This document shows, piece after piece, positions 31,048 to 39,796 of a stretch of 64,000 nt of DNA (positions are counted from its first letter, which is position 1; each line of letters starts with the position of its first letter). The position numbers and the translations under genes are program-made. A model generated the notes under the pieces. It was not told the origin of the DNA. It ran no database searches and saw only the letters and a program-made list of their open reading frames with translations. Source of the stretch: Candidatus Phycocordibacter aenigmaticus (GTDB taxonomy: Bacteria; Patescibacteriota; Minisyncoccia; Phycocordibacterales; Phycocordibacteraceae); the NCBI GenBank assembly GCA_045401115.1, contig CP174359.1, positions 652,667 through 716,666 on the forward strand, given 5' to 3'.

Positions 31048-32184
31048 ATGACCAACATCAATATCCCTCGTGACGAAGAGCGCGCACTTATCAACAAACT
31101 TGACGAACGCACTGACGCTGAGGCGGCACGTATTAAGCGTTATCTTAGTATGCCTGACCTCTCCCGTACCCCGAGCAGTCCTCTTGCTGATATGGTGGAA
31201 CGAGTAAAGAGTGTCCCTACACTTAAGGATTTTGATGATATTACTATTCCTGAGGTGGTGCCAGCAAACATCTGCTTTGACCTCTTTGATTTCACAGCCG
31301 ACCATCCCGCTCGTTCAAAATCAGATACGTATTATCTTGATGAAGAAAATATCCTACGCACACATGATACGGTCTTTTGGTACTACTACTTACACCTACC
31401 TGAGGTACAAGAGAAAATTAAAGCCGGTGAATCGTTTGGCACCGTTTGTTACGGAAAGGTATATCGTAAAGATGAGATTGACCGGCACCATATGAATGTG
31501 TTTCATCAATTCGGCGGCTGGTTTCTACAGCCCGACTCAGAAGGTATTCTTGAGCTTGACTCACTCAAAGCAGTGCTCTCTGAGGTGGTTGAAAGTGTTT
31601 TTGGAGAGGATGCTGAATATCGTTTTAATGAAGACACATTCCCCTACACCGATCCCTCTCTTGAAGTAGAGGTGAAGATTAACGGTGAATGGATTGAGAT
31701 TTTAGGTGGCGGTATGCCTAAAAAATCAGTGCTTAAGAATATGGGCATTGAGGGATATAACGGCTGGGCATTTGGTTTCGGTCTGGAGCGTCTCGCTATT
31801 ATTTCTATGAAACTCCCTGATATTCGCCTTTTATGGAGTGATGATGAACGCGTAACAAAACAGCTCACACTTGGTCAAGAATTCCAAGAAGTATCTAAAT
31901 ATCCACCAGTTATTCGTGATATTTCTTTTATTGTACCGAATACTTTCACCCCAAATGATTACTTTGATATGGTGCGTGATACTGTGGGCGACGATATGGT
32001 CGAAGAGGTTGAACTCCTTGATAAATATGAGAATGAAGAAAAGTTTGGTGTTGGTAAATTAAGTTATGCATATCGTATTGTGTATCGCTCTCTGGATCGC
32101 ACACTCACGAGTGAAGAGGTGGATGCGCTCCATAAGAAGCTTGAAGCGGCAACAGTAGAACACTTCGATGCCGAGGTTCGCTAA
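31048..32184 (+). CDS. pheS: Phenylalanine--tRNA ligase, single-chain type: PheS catalytic core fused to a C-terminal FDX-ACB anticodon-binding-like domain
   Basis: 378 aa with class II motif 3 (GWAFGFGLERLAII). The last ~95 aa (PPVIRDISFIVP...VEEVELLDKYEN...GKLSYAYRIVYRSLDRTLTSEEVDALHKKLE...HFDAEVR) match the FDX-ACB fold normally at the PheT C-terminus or in mitochondrial monomeric PheRS. The usual PheS N-terminal coiled-coil is reduced. Confidence 0.8.
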   Translation: MTNINIPRDEERALINKLDERTDAEAARIKRYLSMPDLSRTPSSPLADMVERVKSVPTLKDFDDITIPEVVPANICFDLFDFTADHPARSKSDTYYLDEENILRTHDTVFWYYYLHLPEVQEKIKAGESFGTVCYGKVYRKDEIDRHHMNVFHQFGGWFLQPDSEGILELDSLKAVLSEVVESVFGEDAEYRFNEDTFPYTDPSLEVEVKINGEWIEILGGGMPKKSVLKNMGIEGYNGWAFGFGLERLAIISMKLPDIRLLWSDDERVTKQLTLGQEFQEVSKYPPVIRDISFIVPNTFTPNDYFDMVRDTVGDDMVEEVELLDKYENEEKFGVGKLSYAYRIVYRSLDRTLTSEEVDALHKKLEAATVEHFDAEVR

Positions 32185-32204
32185 AAAACACTTCTTACTT
32201 TACT

Positions 32205-32240
32205 TAAAACACCAGATACGTATCTGGTGTTTTTTAAAAC
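32205..32240 (+). terminator. Intrinsic terminator downstream of pheS (aaaacaccagatacgtatctggtgtttttt)
   Basis: 9-bp stem plus T-run, read directly from the sequence. Confidence 0.65.
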
Positions 32241-33136
32241 CCACTCACTCTATAAAAAAGTTCGCCATCTTTAATATACAGAGATCCGTCAATAACACGG
32301 AATACTGCTTGAGGCGCAGTAGCAACTTGTACGAGCAATCTGGGCTGACGTATGTCTGCTTCAACCAAAAAGACGCCTGAGTGTTCAGTTTGGTATAGCA
32401 CCCCGCCGGCAAAGAACTGCGCATGAGTCACTGTTTTTTTGCCTTCCTCAAGAAAGAAATGGGAAACACAAAGGGATGGGCGTGTACAAAATGAGCTTGG
32501 TGGTGCAGTATTGCGTGTCCATTTTAAAAGTAAATTACCGTTATTGATCACCAACGCTGCTCCGTCACTTTCTGCAACAGGTAGTGATGGCTCAGCGGTA
32601 TCGTGCTGTGTGCTTGACGCGACTGTATTTACATCATTATCAGTGGTAGTGCTTACTGTAAATGCTTCTTGCAGGCGAATATACTCTCGCTCACTTACAT
32701 ACTGTGTGGTCGATGTCGCATTAGTCGTGGTTGCATGTATTTCAAGGTCCTGCTCTACCTGTACAAGCCTCATCTCAATGGGTTGCGGTACCACAAACAT
32801 TGAAGCATTAGTCACTAACTGAGACTCAACAACGATGTCTTTTGACCATGTATGATAACCGTCTTTTCTCCCCTGCACTACATACGACCCCGGTTCGATA
32901 TTATCTAAAAAGAAAGACTTTGAAAAAAGACTTGTACGGCCAATCACTTCACCATTCAGGTGTATTGAAGTTCCTGAGATTGGTGCCGAAAGATATACTC
33001 CTCCATTTGAAACAAGCGAAAAGCCATCAAGACGATACCCTGACGCATAAAGCACTACAATAGGCGTAATGAGCGCAAAGAGCGCAAAAAATAGCAATGA
33101 TACGATACGGCGCGTTTTAAGAGAGAGCGGTTCCAT
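32234..33136 (-). CDS. Membrane-anchored hypothetical protein with PEGA-like domain
   Basis: 300 aa with an N-terminal TM (IVSLLFFALFALITPIVVLYASGY). The block GEVIGRTSLFSKSFFLDNIEPGSYVVQGRKDGYHTW resembles a PEGA domain. It lies downstream of the GT2 synthase gene. Confidence 0.5.
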   Translation of the reverse strand: MEPLSLKTRRIVSLLFFALFALITPIVVLYASGYRLDGFSLVSNGGVYLSAPISGTSIHLNGEVIGRTSLFSKSFFLDNIEPGSYVVQGRKDGYHTWSKDIVVESQLVTNASMFVVPQPIEMRLVQVEQDLEIHATTTNATSTTQYVSEREYIRLQEAFTVSTTTDNDVNTVASSTQHDTAEPSLPVAESDGAALVINNGNLLLKWTRNTAPPSSFCTRPSLCVSHFFLEEGKKTVTHAQFFAGGVLYQTEHSGVFLVEADIRQPRLLVQVATAPQAVFRVIDGSLYIKDGELFYRVSGF

Positions 33137-33149
33137 ACACTTATTCTAC

Positions 33150-33400
33150 CGCAAGGATGGGGTTTTATCGTCCTTACTCTTAGGAGAAAGCGAAGTTTGC
33201 TCCCGGCGAGCGTTCGGTAGTGAAGAAGAATTATCTTCTTCACTACCCTCTCTGATCTTGGTGGTAAGCACAGCTTGCTCCCGGCGAGCGTTCGGAAATG
33301 TATAAAAGATTACTTTCATACATTTCCCTCTCTGCTCTTGGGAGTAAATAAAGTTTGCTCCATGCGTCGGTTCGACAATACAGAAGGATTACCTTCTGTA
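33150..33400. repeat. Three tandem ~79-bp units, each with a conserved 23-nt core (gtttgctcccggcgagcgttcgg, or variant gtttgctccatgcgtcggttcga) and a unit-specific perfect 12-13-bp hairpin with an identical ATTA loop
   Basis: Cores start at about 33195, 33273 and 33353. The hairpins are gtgaagaaga-atta-tcttcttcac, ggaaatgtataaaag-atta-ctttcatacatttcc (one mismatch) and acaatacagaagg-atta-ccttctgtattgt. Each is followed by a semi-conserved ccctctctg-N-ctttgg block. The stem sequence differs completely between units while pairing is kept. Confidence 0.75.
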
Positions 33401-34950
33401 TTGTTCTCTCTCGACTTTGGAGTGACCCAGAAACCAATATATTTTTTAAACGCCAAACGAAGTTGCGCTTCAATGCCGGGAATGGCACTAAAAATAATCA
33501 TAGTAAATGGCACTAAAAGCCATTGGAGCCATAAACGCACAAAAGCAAACCGGCTGTGGTTTTTCGGACGTACCGGCATTAGGCGCATACCGTAAATAGC
33601 TAAAAATACCAACCCGAGCATTGCGGCGGTTAAAAACCATGATGAAATAATCGGAAGGTTATATGAAAGCACTGTTGCGTTAAACGCAGCACCACCGATT
33701 AATAACGGAAGCCACCCAACCGCAAACAGGAAAAGTGGTTGCACCGCCAACGACCACGCCCCCTCAATATGAACGCCGAGCAAATGAATTTTTTTTCTCA
33801 GAGGAATACGTGAGTTTTTTATAAAATGGAACATAAGGTAAGGAATATTTTCCGCGCTTCCATACATCCACCGCAAATGTTGTTTATATAAACGTGATGC
33901 CGTACTAAAGAAACCAGGACCGACATTTGCATCCATAGAAACCGGATACAGTATCGGGACTACCCTATAGTTACCGTCGTAGTGCATAAAAAGATTAAAG
34001 AAAATGCGAGAATCTTCGTTCACCATATTACGTTGCCAATAATCAGCTTCAACAAGCGCTTTTAGAGGAATAGCGTGAGATGAAAATGTTGAGAGACGTT
34101 CCGGTCGTTCTTGTTGAATGAGTTGCCAAAATGTTGAAGAATACGCCAAAATGCGAGAAAGAGTCGGTGATGACCAAATATTATTGTTATAGAGCGGTAC
34201 AGGTTGAAACGATGCATGCTGCGCATCTTCTGTGGTTAAAAAATTCCAAGTTACACACGAAAAATAATCGGGATAAATCACCGTATCAGCATCGAAGGCA
34301 GATACGAGTACGTTCTCATATGCAAAACCATGTGTATCAACTACACGTTTCGTCGCCTCACGCGCTGCGTGTGCAATGTTTGAACCCTTCCCGGCAATTT
34401 CTCCTACAATGTCTGCAGGATGTACCGTAATAATAATTTCAAGAAATGTGTCTTGAAAAGCTTCTTGAACACGCTGTGCTATTTCATATGCTTCTGTGCC
34501 AGCACGCTCTTCAGCGCCAAGCACGACTGCAATTTGCTTGGTGTTAAAACGTGACTCAGCAAGCGCTCTCACACTCTCATAGAGCACTTCATAAGGCTCT
34601 TTATAGAAAGGGAAAATAACGACATGATGCACATCGTCAGCTCGTAGTTTAGTAAGCCGCTCACTCCAGTCAATAGTTAAATTGTGTCTGAGGCGATGAA
34701 AACTGTGCCGTAAATGAATAGTGAGGAAAATAGTTTTAAAAAGCCAATAAGCTGAAAAACCAATAGTAAAATATGCAACGATCTTCGGTATAAAGAATGA
34801 AAGTATGATGAATACTATGAGCGTACCAACCGACAAAATACCGGGGATAGTTTCAAAAAAACGATAGAGTGTGCGATCGCTTCCAGAAAGGTCAGAAGCC
34901 CGGCCAATATGTAAATACTCGTTTCTGCGTTTTTTTTCCATATTTTTCAC
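33316..34950 (-). CDS. Processive family-2 glycosyltransferase (cellulose/chitin/hyaluronan-synthase-like polysaccharide synthase), polytopic membrane protein
   Basis: 544-aa ORF with multiple TM helices. Motifs VVIFPFYKEP, FDADTV (DxD) and QHLRW (QxxRW) are diagnostic of processive GT2 synthases. The annotated 3' end reads through the hairpin repeat array, so the true stop may differ. Confidence 0.7.
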   Translation of the reverse strand: MKNMEKKRRNEYLHIGRASDLSGSDRTLYRFFETIPGILSVGTLIVFIILSFFIPKIVAYFTIGFSAYWLFKTIFLTIHLRHSFHRLRHNLTIDWSERLTKLRADDVHHVVIFPFYKEPYEVLYESVRALAESRFNTKQIAVVLGAEERAGTEAYEIAQRVQEAFQDTFLEIIITVHPADIVGEIAGKGSNIAHAAREATKRVVDTHGFAYENVLVSAFDADTVIYPDYFSCVTWNFLTTEDAQHASFQPVPLYNNNIWSSPTLSRILAYSSTFWQLIQQERPERLSTFSSHAIPLKALVEADYWQRNMVNEDSRIFFNLFMHYDGNYRVVPILYPVSMDANVGPGFFSTASRLYKQHLRWMYGSAENIPYLMFHFIKNSRIPLRKKIHLLGVHIEGAWSLAVQPLFLFAVGWLPLLIGGAAFNATVLSYNLPIISSWFLTAAMLGLVFLAIYGMRLMPVRPKNHSRFAFVRLWLQWLLVPFTMIIFSAIPGIEAQLRLAFKKYIGFWVTPKSRENNTEGNPSVLSNRRMEQTLFTPKSREGNV

Positions 34951-35051
34951 ACACCTTTCCTATCAACTTAAAACCGTACGTTATACCCTTATATAAACCG
35001 TAGCATGACTTTCATACGTCATTGATTACTACTCTCTATAATTAATGAGTG

Positions 35052-35125
35052 AGCCACCTCCCAGATTCGAACTGGGGACCTACGCTTTACAAGAGCGCCG
35101 CTCTAACCAACTGAGCTAAGGTGGC
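35052..35125 (-). tRNA. tRNA-Thr (anticodon UGU)
   Basis: Minus-strand sequence GCCACCTTAGCTCAGTTGGTTAGAGCGGCGCTCTTGTAAAGCGTAGGTCCCCAGTTCGAATCTGGGAGGTGGCT folds as a cloverleaf. It has a 7-bp acceptor stem, a D-arm, a 5-bp anticodon stem with loop CTTGTAA (anticodon TGT) and a T-arm GGTTCGAATCC-like. No CCA is encoded. Confidence 0.85.
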
Positions 35126-35151
35126 AGAATTACTATGCACCAACAAGACTA

Positions 35152-35544
35152 CTATACCGAATCATTGTGTTTTTTTCCATCCTTTTTTGAATCACCAATA
35201 TCTTTAAGAAATGGCGATGGACTACGAAGATCAGCACTGTACCTTCGCGAAGGATGTGTACGGTGACCAATGCGCGAAAGCGTTTTCTCTGCCTTACGAA
35301 GCGCTTTTGCGCTACTCACCACAAGAGTATGCGTCGCTTGATGTATTGCCTGAAAAAACCAAACACGGTAGGTGCGCGGTATATCACCCAGCACGAGTGT
35401 GCGCCAAAGCCTGGTCACCGCACGGTCAAGCGCATCACGCGTCTTGGCAAACACACGCACACCATGCGCGCTTTCAATAATACGAAACGTAATAAACGCG
35501 ATCATACCCGCAAGGCCAACGCTAAACAAGATAAATGCGATCAT
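35152..35544 (-). CDS. Hypothetical membrane protein
   Basis: ORF with an N-terminal TM (MIAFILFSVGLAGMIAFITF) and basic composition. Start trimmed to avoid overlap with tsf. Confidence 0.35.
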   Translation of the reverse strand: MIAFILFSVGLAGMIAFITFRIIESAHGVRVFAKTRDALDRAVTRLWRTLVLGDIPRTYRVWFFQAIHQATHTLVVSSAKALRKAEKTLSRIGHRTHPSRRYSADLRSPSPFLKDIGDSKKDGKKHNDSV

Positions 35545-35551
35545 AGATACC

Positions 35552-36133
35552 CTACCGAGTACTATACCGCGTAAATTCACCTACTTCTATACGTTCTCCA
35601 AATTTTTGTGTCGCGCTATCAATAAGGTCACGAATGGTTTTCTCAGGATCCTTAATGAATTCTTGTTCCATAAGCACGATCCCCTTAAGATACGCGTCCA
35701 CTTTACCCTGACGAATCTTTTCTTTAAGATCATCAGGCTTATCAGCTACCTCTTCATCAAACATTGCGTTAATTTCAGCAAGACGTTCTTCAGGGATATC
35801 ATCACGTTTTAAGTATGCTGGGTTTGCAGCGGTAATGTGCATAGCAATATCGTATGCTAATGCAACAAATTCTTCATTGTTAGAAACGAAATCAGTTTCT
35901 GAAAGAAGAAGCACCATTGAACCAGCAGCACGGTTACTATGGATGTACGCTGATACTGCTCCTGCACCAAGGTCTCGATCTGCTTTTTTTGCAGCAATAG
36001 CTGCACCTTTTTCTTGAAGAATCTGAAGTGCTTTATCATAATCACCTCCCGCCTCTTCAAGCGCCTGTTTACACTGCATTACCGAAATACCGGTAGCATC
36101 TCGTAACTTTTTTACATCTTCAGTACTTGCCAT
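35552..36133 (-). CDS. tsf: Elongation factor Ts (short form)
   Basis: 193 aa. N-terminal UBA-like VKKLRDATGISVMQCKQALEEAGGDYDKA is the EF-Ts signature. It lies downstream of rpsB as in the rpsB-tsf operon. Confidence 0.88.
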   Translation of the reverse strand: MASTEDVKKLRDATGISVMQCKQALEEAGGDYDKALQILQEKGAAIAAKKADRDLGAGAVSAYIHSNRAAGSMVLLLSETDFVSNNEEFVALAYDIAMHITAANPAYLKRDDIPEERLAEINAMFDEEVADKPDDLKEKIRQGKVDAYLKGIVLMEQEFIKDPEKTIRDLIDSATQKFGERIEVGEFTRYSTR

Positions 36134-36165
36134 AGGAAAAAATTCTTTAGTGTTTTTTATTTGTA

Positions 36166-36939
36166 TTATGCGGAAGTTGTTTCAGTTTTTTTCACTGATG
36201 CACCAGAAGAGATACCATCGCGGTATGCTCGGACAAGTTCATCAAGAAAGAATTGGACACTCGCCCGTGATGCATCGTTTCCAATAATTGGATGTTGCAC
36301 TTTAGTGACGTCACAATCAGAGTTAAGAATACCAATAACCGGAATACCACTGTCATTCGCTTCTTTCACCGCAATGCTCTCAGCACGAGTATCTACTACC
36401 ATCAATGCCTGCGGTAAAGAATCCATGCCTGAAAGACCGCTAAAAGTCTCTTCAAGTTTAGCAATTTCCCGACCAATCAAAAGTCGTTCTTTTTTTGTAT
36501 ATTTCTTTGCAAGGACTCCTGTCTCACGTTCCTCGGTGAGGTCAGCGAGTCGTTGTACGCGCTTTTTGATTTCAGAAAAGTTGGTCAGTGTACCGCCAAT
36601 CCAACGCCCAGCAACATACGGCATATCGAGTGCATCGGCAGCTTCACGAGTGCTTTCACGCACTTCAGGTTTACCACCAACAAAAAGAACCTTCTTTCCG
36701 TCTGCTCCAAGAGAGCGCATAAAAGCAAGCGCCTCTTCAAGTTTTTCAGAACTTTTAGTTAAATCAATAATATCGTTTTTACCCTTACTCCCGAAGATAA
36801 AATCACGCATTGATGCGTGGCGACGCGCACGTGAGTATCCAAGGTGAGCTCCCACATTAAAAAGTGCGCCGAGTAGTGAGTTCGGTGTGTCTTTAGTAGC
36901 TTCTGTTTGACTATCGGTCATGTTCGAAAAATGTACCAT
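36166..36939 (-). CDS. rpsB: 30S ribosomal protein S2
   Basis: 257 aa with the S2 family signature LLGALFNVGAHLGYSRARRHASMRDFIFG. Confidence 0.9.
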   Translation of the reverse strand: MVHFSNMTDSQTEATKDTPNSLLGALFNVGAHLGYSRARRHASMRDFIFGSKGKNDIIDLTKSSEKLEEALAFMRSLGADGKKVLFVGGKPEVRESTREAADALDMPYVAGRWIGGTLTNFSEIKKRVQRLADLTEERETGVLAKKYTKKERLLIGREIAKLEETFSGLSGMDSLPQALMVVDTRAESIAVKEANDSGIPVIGILNSDCDVTKVQHPIIGNDASRASVQFFLDELVRAYRDGISSGASVKKTETTSA

Positions 36940-36969
36940 GAGTGGCTTGTTTAGGCAATAGAATAGGTC

Positions 36970-37929
36970 TTATTGCACCTGCGCATCATTTTCAAGCGCC
37001 GTTGCAGCTTCTTGCACATCAGAAAGAATATCTTCTATATTGCCCAATAAAATACCCTCGATATTATGCCAACTCTTTTTAATACGATGATCGGTTACCC
37101 TATCCTGAAGAACGTTGTATGTACGAATTTTTTCACTCCGGTCACCGGTTCCAATTTGATTACGACGCACTTCAGCATGTTTTTGTGCCTCTTCTTCTTC
37201 AAATTGCGACTCAACTTTTGCAGTTAAAATTTCCATAGCTTTCTCACGGTTTGCTTGCTGACTACGTGCCGAATCACTCCGCACCTCAATACCAGTTGGA
37301 ATGTGCACTAACCGTACTGCTGTCTCAACTTTGTTCACATTCTGTCCACCCGCGCCACCGGAGCGGGAAAATTCCATATGAATATCTTCTGTTTTAAGTT
37401 CAATCTTTGGTTTTTTACGAATAGGAAGCACTGCTACACTTGCGGTTGATGTATGAATACGACCTGACTTTTCCGTCTCAGGTATACGCTGTACACGATG
37501 TACACCAGTCTCGTAGCGTAATTTCTCGTATACCCCCTTCCCTTTTATCTCGGCAGAAAGACTGTCAATCGGTTTTACGTCCCACCCTTGTTGCCCGGCA
37601 TAGTTTTCATACATGGTAAAAAGATCATGAGCAAAAATATTCGCCTCATCGCCACCTGCGCCAGCGCGAATTTCCATCACCACCGCAACAGGCTTTTCTC
37701 CTTCCTTTACCTCTTCAGTAGCAATATCTGCCATGTTTTTTTCAAGCGCGATTTGTTGCTCTTCAAGCACCTTTCGTTCTTCCTCGGCAAGCTCCTCCAT
37801 CGAAGGGTCTTCGGCAACCATATGGGTAATTCGTTCAAGCTCCTTGGAAATGCGCTCATACTCACCAGCAAAGAATGCAGTGCGCGGGTTCTCTTTGTAT
37901 TCGTGTAGTTGTGTTTCGTTTATAGCCAT
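36970..37929 (-). CDS. prfA: Peptide chain release factor 1
   Basis: GGQ motif ([26 protein letters not shown]) and an RF1-type tripeptide region [17 protein letters not shown] (PxT class, not SPF). Start trimmed to MAINETQ (ATG 37929). Confidence 0.8.
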   Translation of the reverse strand: MAINETQLHEYKENPRTAFFAGEYERISKELERITHMVAEDPSMEELAEEERKVLEEQQIALEKNMADIATEEVKEGEKPVAVVMEIRAGAGGDEANIFAHDLFTMYENYAGQQGWDVKPIDSLSAEIKGKGVYEKLRYETGVHRVQRIPETEKSGRIHTSTASVAVLPIRKKPKIELKTEDIHMEFSRSGGAGGQNVNKVETAVRLVHIPTGIEVRSDSARSQQANREKAMEILTAKVESQFEEEEAQKHAEVRRNQIGTGDRSEKIRTYNVLQDRVTDHRIKKSWHNIEGILLGNIEDILSDVQEAATALENDAQVQ

Positions 37930-37974
37930 AGATAAAAAGCAGCACCTGTGTACTGCTTTATAGTATATCAAGCG

Positions 37975-38229
37975 TTATTTCTTTGCTTTCGCAGCACGCT
38001 GTTTAAACTTCTCAACGCGACCAGCGCGGTCAATAGTAGTCTTTACACCAGTATAAAACGGATGTGAGGCTGAACTAATTTCCATTGTATAGAGAGGATA
38101 CTCGTTTCCGTCATCCCACTTTGCTGTTGCTTCGGTCTCTACTGTTGAGCCAATAAGAAAACGCGTACCAGAACTCTGGTCTTCAAAAATCACCTTGCGG
38201 TAGTTATCTGGGTGAATATCCTTTTTCAT
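37975..38229 (-). CDS. rpmE: 50S ribosomal protein L31
   Basis: [21 protein letters not shown]... is the canonical L31 N-terminus. 84 aa. Confidence 0.88.
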   Translation of the reverse strand: MKKDIHPDNYRKVIFEDQSSGTRFLIGSTVETEATAKWDDGNEYPLYTMEISSASHPFYTGVKTTIDRAGRVEKFKQRAAKAKK

Positions 38230-38280
38230 GTGAAGAAACTATAACAAAAAACACCAGAAATGCAATGAACTCTGTTCTCC

Positions 38281-39687
38281 TTAAGAACCCGCCAATTGAT
38301 TAATAAGTCGCTGGAATTCATCAGCAAACCCCATCACGCCATCTCCATAAAATGCGTATTGTGGTTTATTAGCATTATTCCATCCAGCGAAGTAGCGAAG
38401 TGCGGCACACTTTTCTGGATCATTTGTTAGTTTACATGTGGAGGTTTCTTTCCCCGCACCATTGTCCGCCATTAACATACCGGTTGCCGTAAACGCGTCT
38501 TCGTTATTGTAGGGATTTGACGGGTCGTTGCCTTTAAGGGCAATACGAATACGGTCTTTGTTTGCCCGATACTCCCACGGACCCTGCCAAAATGCATCCC
38601 AGCTCATAGAACGTGAAGCATTGTTACAGTCACCTGTTTTAACGTTGATAAACCCGCCATAACAAACCCAGGTGGACGGAATAAACTGACTCGGCCCCAT
38701 AGCGCCTCCCCAGCCATAACTTGGCGCTTGAGAAACCGGCACACTGTCAGGGTCAAGGCCGAGTGTGTCCATAATATACGTAAATACCGGTTGATCACGT
38801 GTTGGGTGCATGTCAGTACGCCATGAACCGGTACCAAGAAATTCTCCTAATCGTGTCTCCTGTTTAAGAATTGCAAGAATCAGTGCCGGGCGAACCCCCA
38901 CTGCACTCCCGGCACGTTCAGCATGGTCGAGGGCTTGTCCGAACGGAATGGCCGCCGAATCACGAAGTGAGAAAAGTTCTGCGCGAATCTCAGATGCGGT
39001 TTTCTCAATTGAATTAATTAATTCTTGGTATGCGTCTTCTTCGCCTTGAGTAACCCTTAGAATTTCTGCTCGCTGTGCTTGGCGTTCCTCAATTTTGCGT
39101 TTTTCAAGTACCTGAAGGGTCCGTAGCTCTTGCTCTTCAATGCGTCGAGCCTCAAGGGCGCTCCGTTCTTCAGCAGTCACGTCTTTTGTATCTTCAATAT
39201 CGTAAAATGATTCTCGTAAGGAGGCTTTAATAACGGCAAACGCATCAACATCGGCAAAAAAATCAGATACGTTCTTTGAAGCTAACACGAATTCAGCTAG
39301 TGTATGATCATCAATTTCGTTTGTTTTTCGTAAAATATTTGCCAGTGATTCCTTTTCTCGGGCAAGCTTTTTATCAAGCTCAGTGATGGTCTCTGATTTT
39401 TCGCCAATATCATTCGTGAGTGATCTGATAGAGAGGTCACGGGCGCGTATGGAAAGTTGCGCTTTTTCTATCTCAGCATCAAGAATAGCGATGTCTCGTT
39501 CCAGCGAAACACGTTCTCGTTGTTTCTCTTCCAAAAAAACCGATTGATTTTCAATTTCTGCTTCAAGCGCAGCAAGGTCACGCTTTAGTTGCTCACGACG
39601 TTCAGCGACATCATCGGCACCAACCGCTTGGATGGTGCCAAGCGGAAGAAGTATCAGTAGTGCAAGTGTCGCAACAACAATTCTCAT
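38281..39687 (-). CDS. Secreted coiled-coil protein with C-terminal lytic-transglycosylase-like (MltB/SLT-like) domain
   Basis: Signal peptide MRIVVATLALLILLPLGTIQA, about 230 aa of coiled coil, then ILKQETRLGE...GAMGPSQFIPSTW, resembling the murein transglycosylase catalytic region. Start trimmed to ATG 39687. Confidence 0.6.
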   Translation of the reverse strand: MRIVVATLALLILLPLGTIQAVGADDVAERREQLKRDLAALEAEIENQSVFLEEKQRERVSLERDIAILDAEIEKAQLSIRARDLSIRSLTNDIGEKSETITELDKKLAREKESLANILRKTNEIDDHTLAEFVLASKNVSDFFADVDAFAVIKASLRESFYDIEDTKDVTAEERSALEARRIEEQELRTLQVLEKRKIEERQAQRAEILRVTQGEEDAYQELINSIEKTASEIRAELFSLRDSAAIPFGQALDHAERAGSAVGVRPALILAILKQETRLGEFLGTGSWRTDMHPTRDQPVFTYIMDTLGLDPDSVPVSQAPSYGWGGAMGPSQFIPSTWVCYGGFINVKTGDCNNASRSMSWDAFWQGPWEYRANKDRIRIALKGNDPSNPYNNEDAFTATGMLMADNGAGKETSTCKLTNDPEKCAALRYFAGWNNANKPQYAFYGDGVMGFADEFQRLINQLAGS

Positions 39688-39747
39688 AGTGTCCCCTTTA
39701 GTATAGCAAGTGTGACGCACTCCTCCCATAATTACACTGGGTACTAA

Positions 39748-39778
39748 TAAAACCCGACGAGTCGGGTTTTATATTTTT
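39748..39778 (-). terminator. Intrinsic terminator downstream of rplY (aaaacccgacgagtcgggtttt)
   Basis: 8-bp GC-containing stem with flanking A/T runs, read directly from the sequence. Confidence 0.55.
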
Positions 39779-39796
39779 GAAAATATGATGTCTAAA

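Noticed and set aside
33150-33400. CRISPR array
   Set aside because: There are only three units, the conserved part is short (23 nt), the variable part is itself a perfect palindrome, and no cas genes are nearby. This is better described as a tandem hairpin repeat.
33316-33420. C-terminal 35 aa of the GT2 ORF (TPKSRENNTEGNPSVLSNRRMEQTLFTPKSREGNV)
   Set aside because: This peptide-repeat tail is simply the translation of the nucleotide hairpin repeat array. The real stop of the GT2 gene is uncertain, and the tail is unlikely to be a functional domain.
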